Below, piece by piece: positions 10,187 to 19,813 of a stretch of 64,000 nt of DNA (positions within the stretch are counted from its first letter, which is position 1; each line of letters opens with the position of its first letter). The stretch is from Chloroflexota bacterium (GTDB lineage Bacteria > Chloroflexota > Anaerolineae > Anaerolineales > UBA11579). Below the pieces are notes generated by a model. The model worked only from the letters and a program-made list of their open reading frames with translations. It was not told the origin of the DNA and made no database searches. The position numbers and the translations under genes were made by a program. The stretch spans positions 1,778 through 65,777 of the forward strand of contig JAMCZK010000049.1 in the NCBI GenBank assembly GCA_023485685.1. The letters run 5' to 3'.

Positions 10187-10272
10187 ATTGACAGCTTTCG
10201 ATATAAGTTTAATGCCGGGGAGGGAGCTTGTCAATGTCTTGAGACATATTTCACCATGTTATATTCCCAACG

Positions 10273-10953
10273 ATGAAACTCCTTTCCCTCAGCGATCAGG
10301 TCCTCGAATTCATCTACAGCCCCTCCGTAAAAGAACGGTTCGCCGATATAGATCTGGTGCTGGGCTGCGGGGACCTGCCCTACTACTATCTCGAATATCT
10401 GGTGGACCAACTCGGCAAGCCTGTCTACTACGTCCGCGGCAACCACGCTGCAACGGTGGAATACTCTGAAGGCGCCAGCCGCAAGGGACCTTGGGGTGCT
10501 GTGGACTTGCACAGGCAAGTAGTGAATTACCAAGGTCTCCTGATGGCGGGGTACGAGGGCAGCGTGCGTTACCGAAAAGGTCCCTTTATGTACACTCAAT
10601 CGGAAATGTGGAGCATGGTGCTGGGTTTGGCGCCGCGGCTGGTGGCCAACGCGGCGCGCCATGGGCGCGCTTTAGACCTTCTGGCCACTCACGCACCACC
10701 CTGGGGCATACAAGACCAGCAAGATCCGGCGCATCAAGGATTCAAGGCCATACGCTGGCTGCTCAGAGTTTTCAAGCCGCGCTATCATTTCCACGGGCAT
10801 ATTCATGTATACAACCATGAGACTCCCGTGCTTACTCGCTTTCACGACACATTGGTAGTCAATACCTATGGTTACCGCGAAACGAATTTGCATCTACACC
10901 CGATGCCAAAGCCCGGCCGGGTAACCACCCCGCAGGGTAACCATGGACGATAA
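10273..10953 (+). CDS. Calcineurin-like metallophosphoesterase
   Basis: LSD, GCGDL, VRGNH, THAPP, HGHIH motifs. Confidence 0.9.
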   Translation: MKLLSLSDQVLEFIYSPSVKERFADIDLVLGCGDLPYYYLEYLVDQLGKPVYYVRGNHAATVEYSEGASRKGPWGAVDLHRQVVNYQGLLMAGYEGSVRYRKGPFMYTQSEMWSMVLGLAPRLVANAARHGRALDLLATHAPPWGIQDQQDPAHQGFKAIRWLLRVFKPRYHFHGHIHVYNHETPVLTRFHDTLVVNTYGYRETNLHLHPMPKPGRVTTPQGNHGR

Positions 10954-12679
10954 CGGCACCAGTTTCTCCTCAGCGGTAACGGATTTCAGGCGCGCCAGGC
11001 GCCGCGCGGACATGCAAGAGATCTTGGCGCGCCTGGGGGGAGGCAAGCGCAGCCGATTGTTGTCATTCGAAAAGGTGCGACGCTCGATAGCCGAGGAAAG
11101 ATTGCTGCCGCGGGTGCTGTGCAATATTCCCATGGACGCCATCGTGGGGTCCGTAGGCCGCTACGAAGATTTCAATCGCCAGTTCCTGCCGCGGCAAGAA
11201 GCACAGTTGGGGCGCTGGGCGCGGGTACGCACAGCTTTCGAATACTCGGGCTTGCCGCCTATCGAGGTGTACAAAATCGGCGAAGTGTACTTCGTGCTGG
11301 ACGGCCATCATCGGGTTTCAGTAGCGCGGCAATTGGGCGCCAAGGAAATCGAGGCTTACGTTACGGAGATCCCCAGCAAGGTGCCACTGTCTCCCGAAGA
11401 TGACGCTGACGATTTAATTATTAAGACCGAACAGGCTCGCTTTTTGGAGGACACACGACTGGCCGAATTACATCCCGAGGTAGACCTTAGCGTCACGACG
11501 CCGGGCCGCTATGAGCAGTTGCGCGAACATATCGCCGCGCATCGCTACTTCATGGGCTTAGATCAAAAGCGGGAAGTTGGCTATGAAGAAGCCGTGCAGC
11601 ATTGGCTGAACGAGGTGTATTTTCCGGCAATCGCCGTTATCCGCAGACTGGATCTGCTGCGCGATTTCCCCAAACGCACCGAGACGGACATTTATTTGTG
11701 GCTTATGAAGCATCGCGCTGAACTAACCAAGCAGCTTGGTTGGGACCTGGGCACTGAGGAGGCCGCTGCCCATTTGTGGAATCGCCTGTATACCAAACCG
11801 CGCCGGCTCTGGGAGCGCTTTAGGCGTTTTTTGAGTCGAGTGTTTCCAATCAAAGCGCTGCAGATGAGCCCAGTACCTACCGAGTGGCGGCTTAGCCGCG
11901 GCATGTTACGCGCGGGAGAGCGTTTGTTCCCGCGCATCCTGGTGCCCATCAGCGGCGAGGATGTGAGCTGGATGGCAGTGGACATGGCCACCCTAGTGGG
12001 GCAGCGCGAGCAAAGCGAGTTGCGCGGCGTGCATGTGGTGAACTCGGACGATAAGAAAGACAGCGCCAAGGTAGAAGGCATCCGCGAGGAATTCAAAAAA
12101 CGGCTGGCGAAGGCCGGCATCCGCGGGCGGTTGGTACTCGAGCAGGGAAACATTTCGCGCCGGGTTGAGGCGCGGTCGCATTGGAGTGATCTTGTTGTGC
12201 TGCACCTCAAGCACCCGCCCGGTGACCAACCCATGCAGCGCCTGCTCTCGGGGCTGCGCGCTTTCTTGCAGCGCAGCCCGCGTCCGGCCTTGGTGGTTGG
12301 GCAAACCTCGCCAATGAAACATGCCCTGCTGGCCTACGATGGCAGCCACAAGGCTAACGAGGCGTTGTACCTGGCCGCCTACCTTGCCGGTGGTTGGGGA
12401 ACCCAAATCACAGTTGTAACCTCCGTAGAAAAGAGCCTAAGAGAGGGCTTAAATCTACAAAAGGCAAAGGGTTATCTTGTCTCACAAAAGGTTGAGGCCA
12501 ACTACATCCAGCGCCGCGGCCCAGCCGGGCCCGCCGTTGTCTCCGAGGCCACCCAGAACGGTTGCGATTTTGTGTTAATAGGCGGCTATGGTCAAGCGCC
12601 ATTGATTGAGCTTATGCGGGGCAGCACGCTGGATTACGTATTGCGTGAGTTCCGCGGACCGGTTTGGGTATGTAGCTAG
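10943..12679 (+). CDS. ParB/Srx-like N-terminal domain fused to two universal stress protein (USP) domains
   Basis: LPPIEVYKIGEVYFVLDGHHRVSVA (ParB/Srx); RILVPISG and HALLAYDGS...IGGYG...GSTLDYVLR (USP). Confidence 0.8.
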   Translation: MDDNGTSFSSAVTDFRRARRRADMQEILARLGGGKRSRLLSFEKVRRSIAEERLLPRVLCNIPMDAIVGSVGRYEDFNRQFLPRQEAQLGRWARVRTAFEYSGLPPIEVYKIGEVYFVLDGHHRVSVARQLGAKEIEAYVTEIPSKVPLSPEDDADDLIIKTEQARFLEDTRLAELHPEVDLSVTTPGRYEQLREHIAAHRYFMGLDQKREVGYEEAVQHWLNEVYFPAIAVIRRLDLLRDFPKRTETDIYLWLMKHRAELTKQLGWDLGTEEAAAHLWNRLYTKPRRLWERFRRFLSRVFPIKALQMSPVPTEWRLSRGMLRAGERLFPRILVPISGEDVSWMAVDMATLVGQREQSELRGVHVVNSDDKKDSAKVEGIREEFKKRLAKAGIRGRLVLEQGNISRRVEARSHWSDLVVLHLKHPPGDQPMQRLLSGLRAFLQRSPRPALVVGQTSPMKHALLAYDGSHKANEALYLAAYLAGGWGTQITVVTSVEKSLREGLNLQKAKGYLVSQKVEANYIQRRGPAGPAVVSEATQNGCDFVLIGGYGQAPLIELMRGSTLDYVLREFRGPVWVCS

Positions 12680-12845
12680 CAAGTTAGTCTTTAGTCTGTC
12701 CATTTTCCGTTTGGATCACAGATTAAATTTAGATGGGACGGGACTGAACCCATCCTGTGTTTTCGTTCCTGGATTTGATTGACATCGACTCAGTGCTCGT
12801 CTAAACTTCAAGTTATGGCTATACGCACTATTTACGGGAGTAGCA

Positions 12846-13754
12846 ATGCCTATTGAACTTGCCACTGCCATCCATGCCCGCTCAACGTTGCCTCCAGCCA
12901 TTCAGGGCTGGGAAATCTACCTCCAGGATCAGGGAAACTCCATCCATACGGTTAAGGCGTTCACTGCCGACCTGCGCCTGTTGGCCTCCTACCTGCCTGC
13001 CGACCAGCTGGTGGGATCGATTACTACCAAGGACCTCGACTCATTCCTGGATTGGATGCAAAACGAACGCGGGGTGCCCTGCAGCCCTAAGACTTTTGCG
13101 CGGCGCGTCACTTCCATCAAATCGTTCTTCCGCTGGCTGCAAGCCGCGGGGGCCGTGCTGGCCGATCCTGCGGAGCGCGTGCTGCAAAAGAGCGTGCTCA
13201 GCCCTCTGCCCGATATCCTTACGCCCGAAGAAATAGAAAAGGTCTTGAAGGTGGCTGACCGCCAGCGCCGCGGTCGCAAACCGGATGCGCGCACTTACAC
13301 GCTGGTCTCGCTGCTGCTACACACGGGGGTCAAGAAAGGGGAATGCCTAGCGCTGAAAACTAACCACATCGACCTGGAAGCGCCAGGAGGCCCGCTCCTC
13401 TTCGTGCGCTACTCTAGCCCAAAGAACCGGTACAAAGAACGCAAGATCCTATTGCCCGAAGAGTGGGTGGACGCCTACGAAGAATACAGCGAACAATACG
13501 ACCTCGGCGAGGCGCTGTTCCCGTGGTCACCGCGGCGGCTCGAATATTTGCTTGAAGATTTGGGCAGGGAAGCCGGATTGAAAAAGCAACTCTCGTTCCT
13601 GATGTGCCGCTGGTCGTGTGCGCTGCATGACATGCTCAACGGCATGGACGAAAACGCGTTGCGGCAGAAAATGGGTGTTTCGGAAATTCAGTGGCGCGAA
13701 TTGGGCATGAAATTGCACCAATTGCGGGGCGACGAGCAGTTAGCCCTATTCTAG
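12846..13754 (+). CDS. Tyrosine recombinase/XerD-fold protein with degenerate catalytic residues
   Basis: SAM-like N-domain (SIHTVKAFTADL, TFARRVTSIKSFFRWL), LPDILT, HTGVKKGECL; no HxxR His and no C-terminal Tyr. Confidence 0.8.
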   Translation: MPIELATAIHARSTLPPAIQGWEIYLQDQGNSIHTVKAFTADLRLLASYLPADQLVGSITTKDLDSFLDWMQNERGVPCSPKTFARRVTSIKSFFRWLQAAGAVLADPAERVLQKSVLSPLPDILTPEEIEKVLKVADRQRRGRKPDARTYTLVSLLLHTGVKKGECLALKTNHIDLEAPGGPLLFVRYSSPKNRYKERKILLPEEWVDAYEEYSEQYDLGEALFPWSPRRLEYLLEDLGREAGLKKQLSFLMCRWSCALHDMLNGMDENALRQKMGVSEIQWRELGMKLHQLRGDEQLALF

Positions 13755-13755
13755 G

Positions 13756-14379
13756 TTACAACCATTTCACGACAATATCCCCAATCACGTCAGCGGCCTC
13801 GTCGCCTTGGTCGGCCGCGTTGGAAAGATGGCGGTAAATTTCGCGCAGCTTCAGAATTTGCATCATCCCGTCGATATCTTTTGGCGTCTTGAATAAATCC
13901 GCCAACGCTTCGCGATAGACATGTTCGACGCGGTTCTCCAGCGCCTTGGCGCGTACGGCGTGGTCGCTGGCCACATTAGGATGATCCTGCAATTGCTGTA
14001 CGGCTCGATAAATTTCCATGGCGGCGTCAGCCAGCAATGAAACAATTCTTTCGATATACGGGTTTCCCTCGACTTCAAACAACTTGATTTCGTCCATGGT
14101 GGTGTCGGCGTAATCGAGGATATCGTCGATATTCAGCGACAGGGCAAAAATGTCTTCGCGGTCGAAAGGGGTAACGAAGGTGTCGTTCAATTCATCCACC
14201 AGTACCCGGCGAACTTCGTCGCCCTCTTTTTCGGCGCGATTTAGTTCTTCGATCAGTTTCGGGTTGGGTTCGCGCAGGTAGCGGCGCAACGCGTCCAGGC
14301 CCTGGACCGTGAGCTCGGCTTGCTTGATCAGCAATTCCAGGAAGCGGTTCTTCTTGCGATTGCGCGCGAACAATTTCAT
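13756..14379 (-). CDS. DUF47 (PhoU-like phosphate transport regulator) protein
   Basis: EKEGDEVRR...LNDTFVTPFDREDI...DDILD, ENRVE, LSNAAD. Confidence 0.88.
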   Translation of the reverse strand: MKLFARNRKKNRFLELLIKQAELTVQGLDALRRYLREPNPKLIEELNRAEKEGDEVRRVLVDELNDTFVTPFDREDIFALSLNIDDILDYADTTMDEIKLFEVEGNPYIERIVSLLADAAMEIYRAVQQLQDHPNVASDHAVRAKALENRVEHVYREALADLFKTPKDIDGMMQILKLREIYRHLSNAADQGDEAADVIGDIVVKWL

Positions 14380-15797
14380 TTCACTCTCCCATTAGACTGC
14401 AACAATTTCACCTGCAGAACCCGCCGGCTCTCTTTACGCAAACGATATGCATGCGCCAGCCGATACCCCGGTACCCAAACAATATCTTCGCCCTTGCACA
14501 GCAATGGCCAGGTCGCACGCGCACGCTTGGGCAGCTTTTCGTTGATCATGAACTCCGCTAATTTTTGGGAACCACTCTCCATACCCAATGGTTGGAATCG
14601 GTCGCCGGGGCGCCGGCGTCGAAGAACCAACTCGCCACCAATGCTGTCCGGGTCCAGCCAAGCTTGGAACGGATCGGAATTGTTGATTGGCCTACGGTCA
14701 CCCGCTTCGTGAAGTTCAAATCGCCAGCCCCGATTTAGTTCGAGGCTCGCGGGCGCCTCGATGTGAAGTTCGCTGGCAGGCGCCTGTGGCCAGTCGACAG
14801 GCAGCTCCGCTTCCCAGTCGGCGATCCAAAGATGGTCGCCTTCAACCAGCAGGCATAGGCCGGCGACCCAATCCCGGGGCGCGGAAGCGGAATTCTGGGC
14901 GAGGTCCAAGGCGCGTTGAATAGCCTCGTAATCCAGGTCGCGTAAGCCAGGTCGCAATTCTTGGGCAGCACGACGCAAGAGGAATCGCCGCAGAGCCAGG
15001 GGCTCGACCATGAAAGTTGGCCGATTCAACTGAATGTAATCTTTGCTGCGCTGGCCAAGGCAGCGCTTCCACGCTCCTTCAGCCAATTCTTCCAGCACTT
15101 CGGTTTCGGCAGTCAACAAGTCGGCGGTTCGGTGCAAGCGTTGCATGATACCAGGGGAAATTTGTTCCAATGTGGGGAGTAACTCATGGCGAAGACGATT
15201 ACGGAAATAGGTGGTGTCCAGGTTGGACTGGTCCTGGACAGGCTGCAGACCATTTTCCCGGCAGTAATCCAGGATTTCCTGGCGCCAGAAACCTAGCAGC
15301 GGGCGCACCAGCGGGATAGTGGCGCTCCAGGGGTTAGGCAGGGAACGCAGGGCCATGCCGTGCAACCCGCGAGGACCGGCACCCCTAAGCAAATGCATCA
15401 GCACCGTTTCGACCTGGTCATCGGCATTGTGCGCCACGGTAACCGCCTGAGTGCCCTGGCTGCTCGCCACCCCGAAAAGGTACTCGTAACGCAGCTCACG
15501 GGCGGCCTCCTCGATGGACATCGAATGCTGGCGGGCATGGGCGGCAACATCGCCGCGCTCAGTAAAAAAAGGGAGACTGTAGCCCGCTACTATTTCTTCG
15601 GCTTGGTGGGCCTCCTCGGCGGATTCGGGGCGCAGTCCGTGGTCGAAGTGCGCGACCAAAACGGGTACTCTTTCGGCGTGTAATGCATGCAGCAAGGCAA
15701 GCGAATCGGGACCGCCGGAAAAACCCAGCACCAGCGGCGCGTCAAGCACGAGCGCGCACTCTCCCTGCAGGATTTTTGCCAGACTATCAAACTTCAC
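14376..15797 (-). CDS. tilS: tRNA(Ile)-lysidine synthetase
   Basis: PP-loop SGGPDS, HFDHGLR, AARELRY, AHNADDQVET, DQSN, RNRLR; C-terminal GDRFQPLGM. Confidence 0.96.
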   Translation of the reverse strand: MKFDSLAKILQGECALVLDAPLVLGFSGGPDSLALLHALHAERVPVLVAHFDHGLRPESAEEAHQAEEIVAGYSLPFFTERGDVAAHARQHSMSIEEAARELRYEYLFGVASSQGTQAVTVAHNADDQVETVLMHLLRGAGPRGLHGMALRSLPNPWSATIPLVRPLLGFWRQEILDYCRENGLQPVQDQSNLDTTYFRNRLRHELLPTLEQISPGIMQRLHRTADLLTAETEVLEELAEGAWKRCLGQRSKDYIQLNRPTFMVEPLALRRFLLRRAAQELRPGLRDLDYEAIQRALDLAQNSASAPRDWVAGLCLLVEGDHLWIADWEAELPVDWPQAPASELHIEAPASLELNRGWRFELHEAGDRRPINNSDPFQAWLDPDSIGGELVLRRRRPGDRFQPLGMESGSQKLAEFMINEKLPKRARATWPLLCKGEDIVWVPGYRLAHAYRLRKESRRVLQVKLLQSNGRVK

Positions 15798-15898
15798 AAG
15801 CGAATTATAGCCCTCGTACCCGCATCATTTTCTCGACCTATTTGTATACTTAATTCCCCTGTAAACTCTTTTGCATCTATGCTAGACTGAATCCCGAA

Positions 15899-17080
15899 AT
15901 GCCCGCTCCCCGACAAACCCCGGCACAAAAAATCCTGGTCGTTGACGACGACCTGGACACACTGAAGCTGGTAGGCACGACGCTGGAAAAACAAGGCTAC
16001 ATAATCGTCGCTGCTAAAGACGGGGTGGAAGCATTGGAAAAAGTCGCCGAGCACATGCCCGATCTCATTCTGCTGGATATCATGATGCCCAGGATGGATG
16101 GCTACGAGGTCACCCGCCAACTGCGCTCCGACCCATCCACGGCCAGCATTCCTATCGTTTTATTCACCGCCAAAGGCCAGGTTGAAGACAAGGTGGCTGG
16201 CCTTGAGGTGGGCGCCGACGAATATCTCACCAAGCCCACCCACCCCGCTGAATTGATCGCTCGGGTGCGCAACCTACTCAAGCGCCCAACTTCCATACAG
16301 TCCCAAGTGCCGGAAAGCCGCACGACAACCCTGGGTATGGTTGTGGGCATTATAGCAGGCAAAGGCGGTCAGGGCGTATCTACACTGGCTGTGAATCTAG
16401 CTGCCGGCTTCCATCTGCGCTTTGAAGGATCGCAGGTATTGTTGGCAGAACTGCGGCCGGGATACGGGGACATCAGTATCCACTTTGGCTACAAGAATCC
16501 CCAGGGACTAAACACCTTATTGAAGAAAAATGCCCAAGAAATCCATCGCGGCGCGGTGGAGAATGCCCTGGTTACCCACAAATCGGGCATCAGGATGCTG
16601 CTCAGCTCTCATCAACCAACGGATGTATCCCTGTCTTCGTCTGCCGAACAGATGGTTTCCATCGTACGAGAATTGGCGCGTATCGCCCCATACACGGTAC
16701 TCGATCTCGGAGTAGGATTGCATGCAAGCACCCAGCGTGCCTTGGAGCAATGCACCAGGCTGCTCCTGGTGGTCGAACCAGATCCCATCACGATGACACA
16801 TACGAAAAGTTTGCTGGATGATTTGAAAAAAATCGGTTTTTCATCCGAAAATATCGTGGCCGCGATGGTGCATCGAGTGCGAACGGAACAGGCGATGAGC
16901 GCAGCAGATATCCAACGCACTCTCGGCTTGGAAATCAGCGCCGTCTTTACTCCGGCGCCAGAACTGGCTCATCAAGCGGCTCAAGCCCACCAATCCATGC
17001 TGGCGGTCGATCCGAATAGCTACACGGCTCAGCAAACCCTGAAATTGGTAGACCTGATAACGGAACCGGTCGCCGATTAG
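15899..17080 (+). CDS. Receiver domain fused to MinD/ParA-like (CpaE-type) ATPase
   Basis: N-terminal REC (LVVDDD, LLDIMMP, KP); deviant Walker A KGGQGVST. Confidence 0.8.
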   Translation: MPAPRQTPAQKILVVDDDLDTLKLVGTTLEKQGYIIVAAKDGVEALEKVAEHMPDLILLDIMMPRMDGYEVTRQLRSDPSTASIPIVLFTAKGQVEDKVAGLEVGADEYLTKPTHPAELIARVRNLLKRPTSIQSQVPESRTTTLGMVVGIIAGKGGQGVSTLAVNLAAGFHLRFEGSQVLLAELRPGYGDISIHFGYKNPQGLNTLLKKNAQEIHRGAVENALVTHKSGIRMLLSSHQPTDVSLSSSAEQMVSIVRELARIAPYTVLDLGVGLHASTQRALEQCTRLLLVVEPDPITMTHTKSLLDDLKKIGFSSENIVAAMVHRVRTEQAMSAADIQRTLGLEISAVFTPAPELAHQAAQAHQSMLAVDPNSYTAQQTLKLVDLITEPVAD

Positions 17081-18789
17081 CGCGCCCCGCGTCGCCCGAA
17101 CTGCTTTTCCAACAAATCGATCGATAAGTGAATCATCGTCGGCCGCCCATGAGGACAGGTGCGCGGCGCCGCGCAGGCTTCGAGGTCGCGCAATAAGGCG
17201 CGCTGCTCTTCAACGGATAGGAACTGACCAGCTTTGACGGCGACCCGTTTACAGATACGGGCAATCAGCTTTGCCTGGATTTCTTTCTCCAGCGGAGCCT
17301 CGTCTTCTTCGAAATCTTCGACGACGGCGCGCAGCGCGTCTTCTGGGTTTATGCCCAGTAGCAACGAGGGGATTGATCGGACTTTGTAAGTTTGCGGACC
17401 AAACGATTCAATTTCAAAGCCAAGCGCTTGAAGCACAGGAATTTGGCCTTCAAGTAAATCTGCTTGCGCGGAAGGCAACTCGACCGTAACCGGCTCGAGC
17501 AGGATCTGAGAAGCCGGTTTGCTGCGTTGTGACTGGAAGCGCTCAAAGAGCACGCGCTCATGTGCGGCGTGCTGGTCGACCAGGTACAAACCGTCGGGAC
17601 CTTCGGCGACCAGGTAAGCTGAACCAACTTGGCCCACCAGCCTAAGCAAGGGCACCCCGCTACCGGGCAGGCCAGGTTGAGGCGCGGACATTACCGCTAG
17701 TGGTCCTTCGCCTTCGGATTGCTGTTCAATTTGTTCGGTCGGTGGCACCGGCATGGGCCGCCAAGCCAATCCTGGCTGGACAGGTTCAAGTGTCGGTAAA
17801 GAGGAATTGGCCAGCAACGCGCGGCGGATGGCACGCTGCACGGCGCTGAACACTTTGTCCCGGTCAGCAAAGCGCACTTCGGCCTTGGCAGGATGCACGT
17901 TCACGTCCACCGCGTCCAGCGGCAACTGGATGAACAGGACGACTATAGGGAAGCGACCTACCATCAGCATGCCGTGATATGCCTGCAAGACAGCGGCTGC
18001 CAGCGCCGGGTCCTGCACCCAGCGGCCATTCACAAAAAAGGTGAGTTCGGAGCGGTTGGCGCGGGTCAGGTCCATTGGGCTGATAAAACCTGTGACACCG
18101 ATTTCTTCGTTGGCTGCATCTACTTCGATCATGCGGCGCGCCAACGAGGCATCGTAGAGTGCCGCCAGCACTTCGCGGCGGTCACCGCGGCCGCTGGTGT
18201 GCAAGCTTGGCCGGCCTTCGATTTCCAGCGAGAAGCGAACGATTGGATACGCGAGCGCGTAGCGGGCTACCAGTTGACTTACCTGTCGGCGCTCGGTGGC
18301 CTCGCTCTTGAGGAATTTGCGGCGCGCGGGAATGTTGTAGAACAAGTCGTCCACGCGCACCGAGGTGCCCGGCGGTGCGCCAAGCTCCTCAACCTTGCCC
18401 GGATGCCCCGCATCCGCCTGGACGCGGGCAGCAGCTTTTACCGCGTGCGGGCGCGAAATCAACGTAAGCCGCGCCACAGAGGCCATGGCGGCCAGCGCTT
18501 CGCCGCGGAAGCCTAATGTGCGGATGCGCGCCAAATCTTCGGCTGTACTGATCTTGCTGGTAGCGTGGCGCTGAAGGGCTAGCCAGATCTCCTCAGCGGG
18601 GATGCCTTGCCCGTCATCGCTCACTTCGATCAGACGCTGGCCTGCGCCTTCCACGCGAATCCGTACCTGCGTGGCACCCGCATCCAGCGCGTTCTCGATG
18701 AGTTCCTTCACGACGGAGGCAGGCCGTTCGACCACTTCGCCCGCGGCAATTTGGGAAGCCAAAGCCTCGGGTAACACTTTAATAGGCAC
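17077..18789 (-). CDS. mutL: DNA mismatch repair endonuclease MutL
   Basis: IAAGEVVERP, GFRGEAL, DVNVHPAK, DQHAAHER, CPHGRP. Confidence 0.97.
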   Translation of the reverse strand: MPIKVLPEALASQIAAGEVVERPASVVKELIENALDAGATQVRIRVEGAGQRLIEVSDDGQGIPAEEIWLALQRHATSKISTAEDLARIRTLGFRGEALAAMASVARLTLISRPHAVKAAARVQADAGHPGKVEELGAPPGTSVRVDDLFYNIPARRKFLKSEATERRQVSQLVARYALAYPIVRFSLEIEGRPSLHTSGRGDRREVLAALYDASLARRMIEVDAANEEIGVTGFISPMDLTRANRSELTFFVNGRWVQDPALAAAVLQAYHGMLMVGRFPIVVLFIQLPLDAVDVNVHPAKAEVRFADRDKVFSAVQRAIRRALLANSSLPTLEPVQPGLAWRPMPVPPTEQIEQQSEGEGPLAVMSAPQPGLPGSGVPLLRLVGQVGSAYLVAEGPDGLYLVDQHAAHERVLFERFQSQRSKPASQILLEPVTVELPSAQADLLEGQIPVLQALGFEIESFGPQTYKVRSIPSLLLGINPEDALRAVVEDFEEDEAPLEKEIQAKLIARICKRVAVKAGQFLSVEEQRALLRDLEACAAPRTCPHGRPTMIHLSIDLLEKQFGRRGAR

Positions 18790-18917
18790 AGGGCAAGCGT
18801 AAAACGGAAGGAGTGCTGCGTCAAGGATTACTGATCAGCTTATTATTGGATACAATTTAATGATTCTCACGCCATTCAAAGTTGAGGATTATTCCAACCA
18901 AATAGGAGAGCAAAAAG

Positions 18918-19760
18918 ATGTTCGTCAAACCAATCTCGTTTTCTCGCAAATGGCTAGTTCCAATACTTTTGGGATCTACCTTGCTGCTGGCAGCTTGCGG
19001 CGGCGGATCACCGACGGATGAAACGGGTGAAGAGGCTACCACGGCTCCAGACTCTGGGGGCGCGGATTCAGGGGCTGAGCCAACGGCCGCCGCAAATGAA
19101 GGCGCTGTTATCGGTGCCTGCGCCAATCCTTATTTCCCAGTTGTTAACGGTGCAACATGGACTTACTCTGTAACTGGTGGAATTCAGGACTTTAGCTACA
19201 CTGACACGATCACCAACGTAAGTGCGGAAGGGTTTACCCTGAACAGTTCATTCGATCTTGAAGGTGGACTGCAACGCACCCAAGCTTGGGGCTGCCAGGC
19301 AAATGGATTAGTAGCTTTGGAATATAACGGCGGCCCGTCGGCAGCTTTATCAACGGAAGCTTTGAATGCCGAGTTCCATACTACCGGGGTCACCGGTGTC
19401 ACGATTCCAACTAACTTGTCCGTTGGGTCAAGCTGGACTCAAGCCATGGATATCGAGGGTGACATGACCATCGGTGAGGGCTTGACCGGTGCAGCCACCG
19501 GCAATGTTTCCTTTGCAGCCAATGCAGTTGGTACCGAATCTGTTTCCACGGCTGCGGGGACCTTCGATGCCATTAAAGTTGAGATACAACAAGATTTCAG
19601 CCTAACGGCCAATATCGGAGGGGTGAGCATGCCTGTTACTTTCACAGGAACGACAACTGCCTGGTACGCGTCCGGGGTGGGAATGGTCAAGTCAGTGGTA
19701 ACTGAAGACCTGATGGGTAGCACTACAACCATCGAGTTGCAAAGTTACTCAATTCCATAG
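18918..19760 (+). CDS. Lipoprotein of unknown function
   Basis: Lipobox LAAC; CANPYFPV..GATWTY, ESVSTAAGTFDAIKV, WYASGVGMVKS (beta-rich family). Confidence 0.75.
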   Translation: MFVKPISFSRKWLVPILLGSTLLLAACGGGSPTDETGEEATTAPDSGGADSGAEPTAAANEGAVIGACANPYFPVVNGATWTYSVTGGIQDFSYTDTITNVSAEGFTLNSSFDLEGGLQRTQAWGCQANGLVALEYNGGPSAALSTEALNAEFHTTGVTGVTIPTNLSVGSSWTQAMDIEGDMTIGEGLTGAATGNVSFAANAVGTESVSTAAGTFDAIKVEIQQDFSLTANIGGVSMPVTFTGTTTAWYASGVGMVKSVVTEDLMGSTTTIELQSYSIP

Positions 19761-19770
19761 ATTAGCTGAC

Positions 19771-19810
19771 AAATCAAAAGCGCCCGCCAAATGGCGGGCG
19801 CTTTTGATTT
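19771..19810. terminator. Bidirectional intrinsic terminator
   Basis: aaatcaaaagcgcccgcca-aa-tggcgggcgcttttgattt between convergent genes. Confidence 0.85.
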
Positions 19811-19813
19811 GCC

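Noticed and set aside
12846..13754. Prophage or island marked by the integrase-like gene
   Set aside because: Flanks are housekeeping genes, with no att repeats or compositional shift, and catalytic residues are missing.
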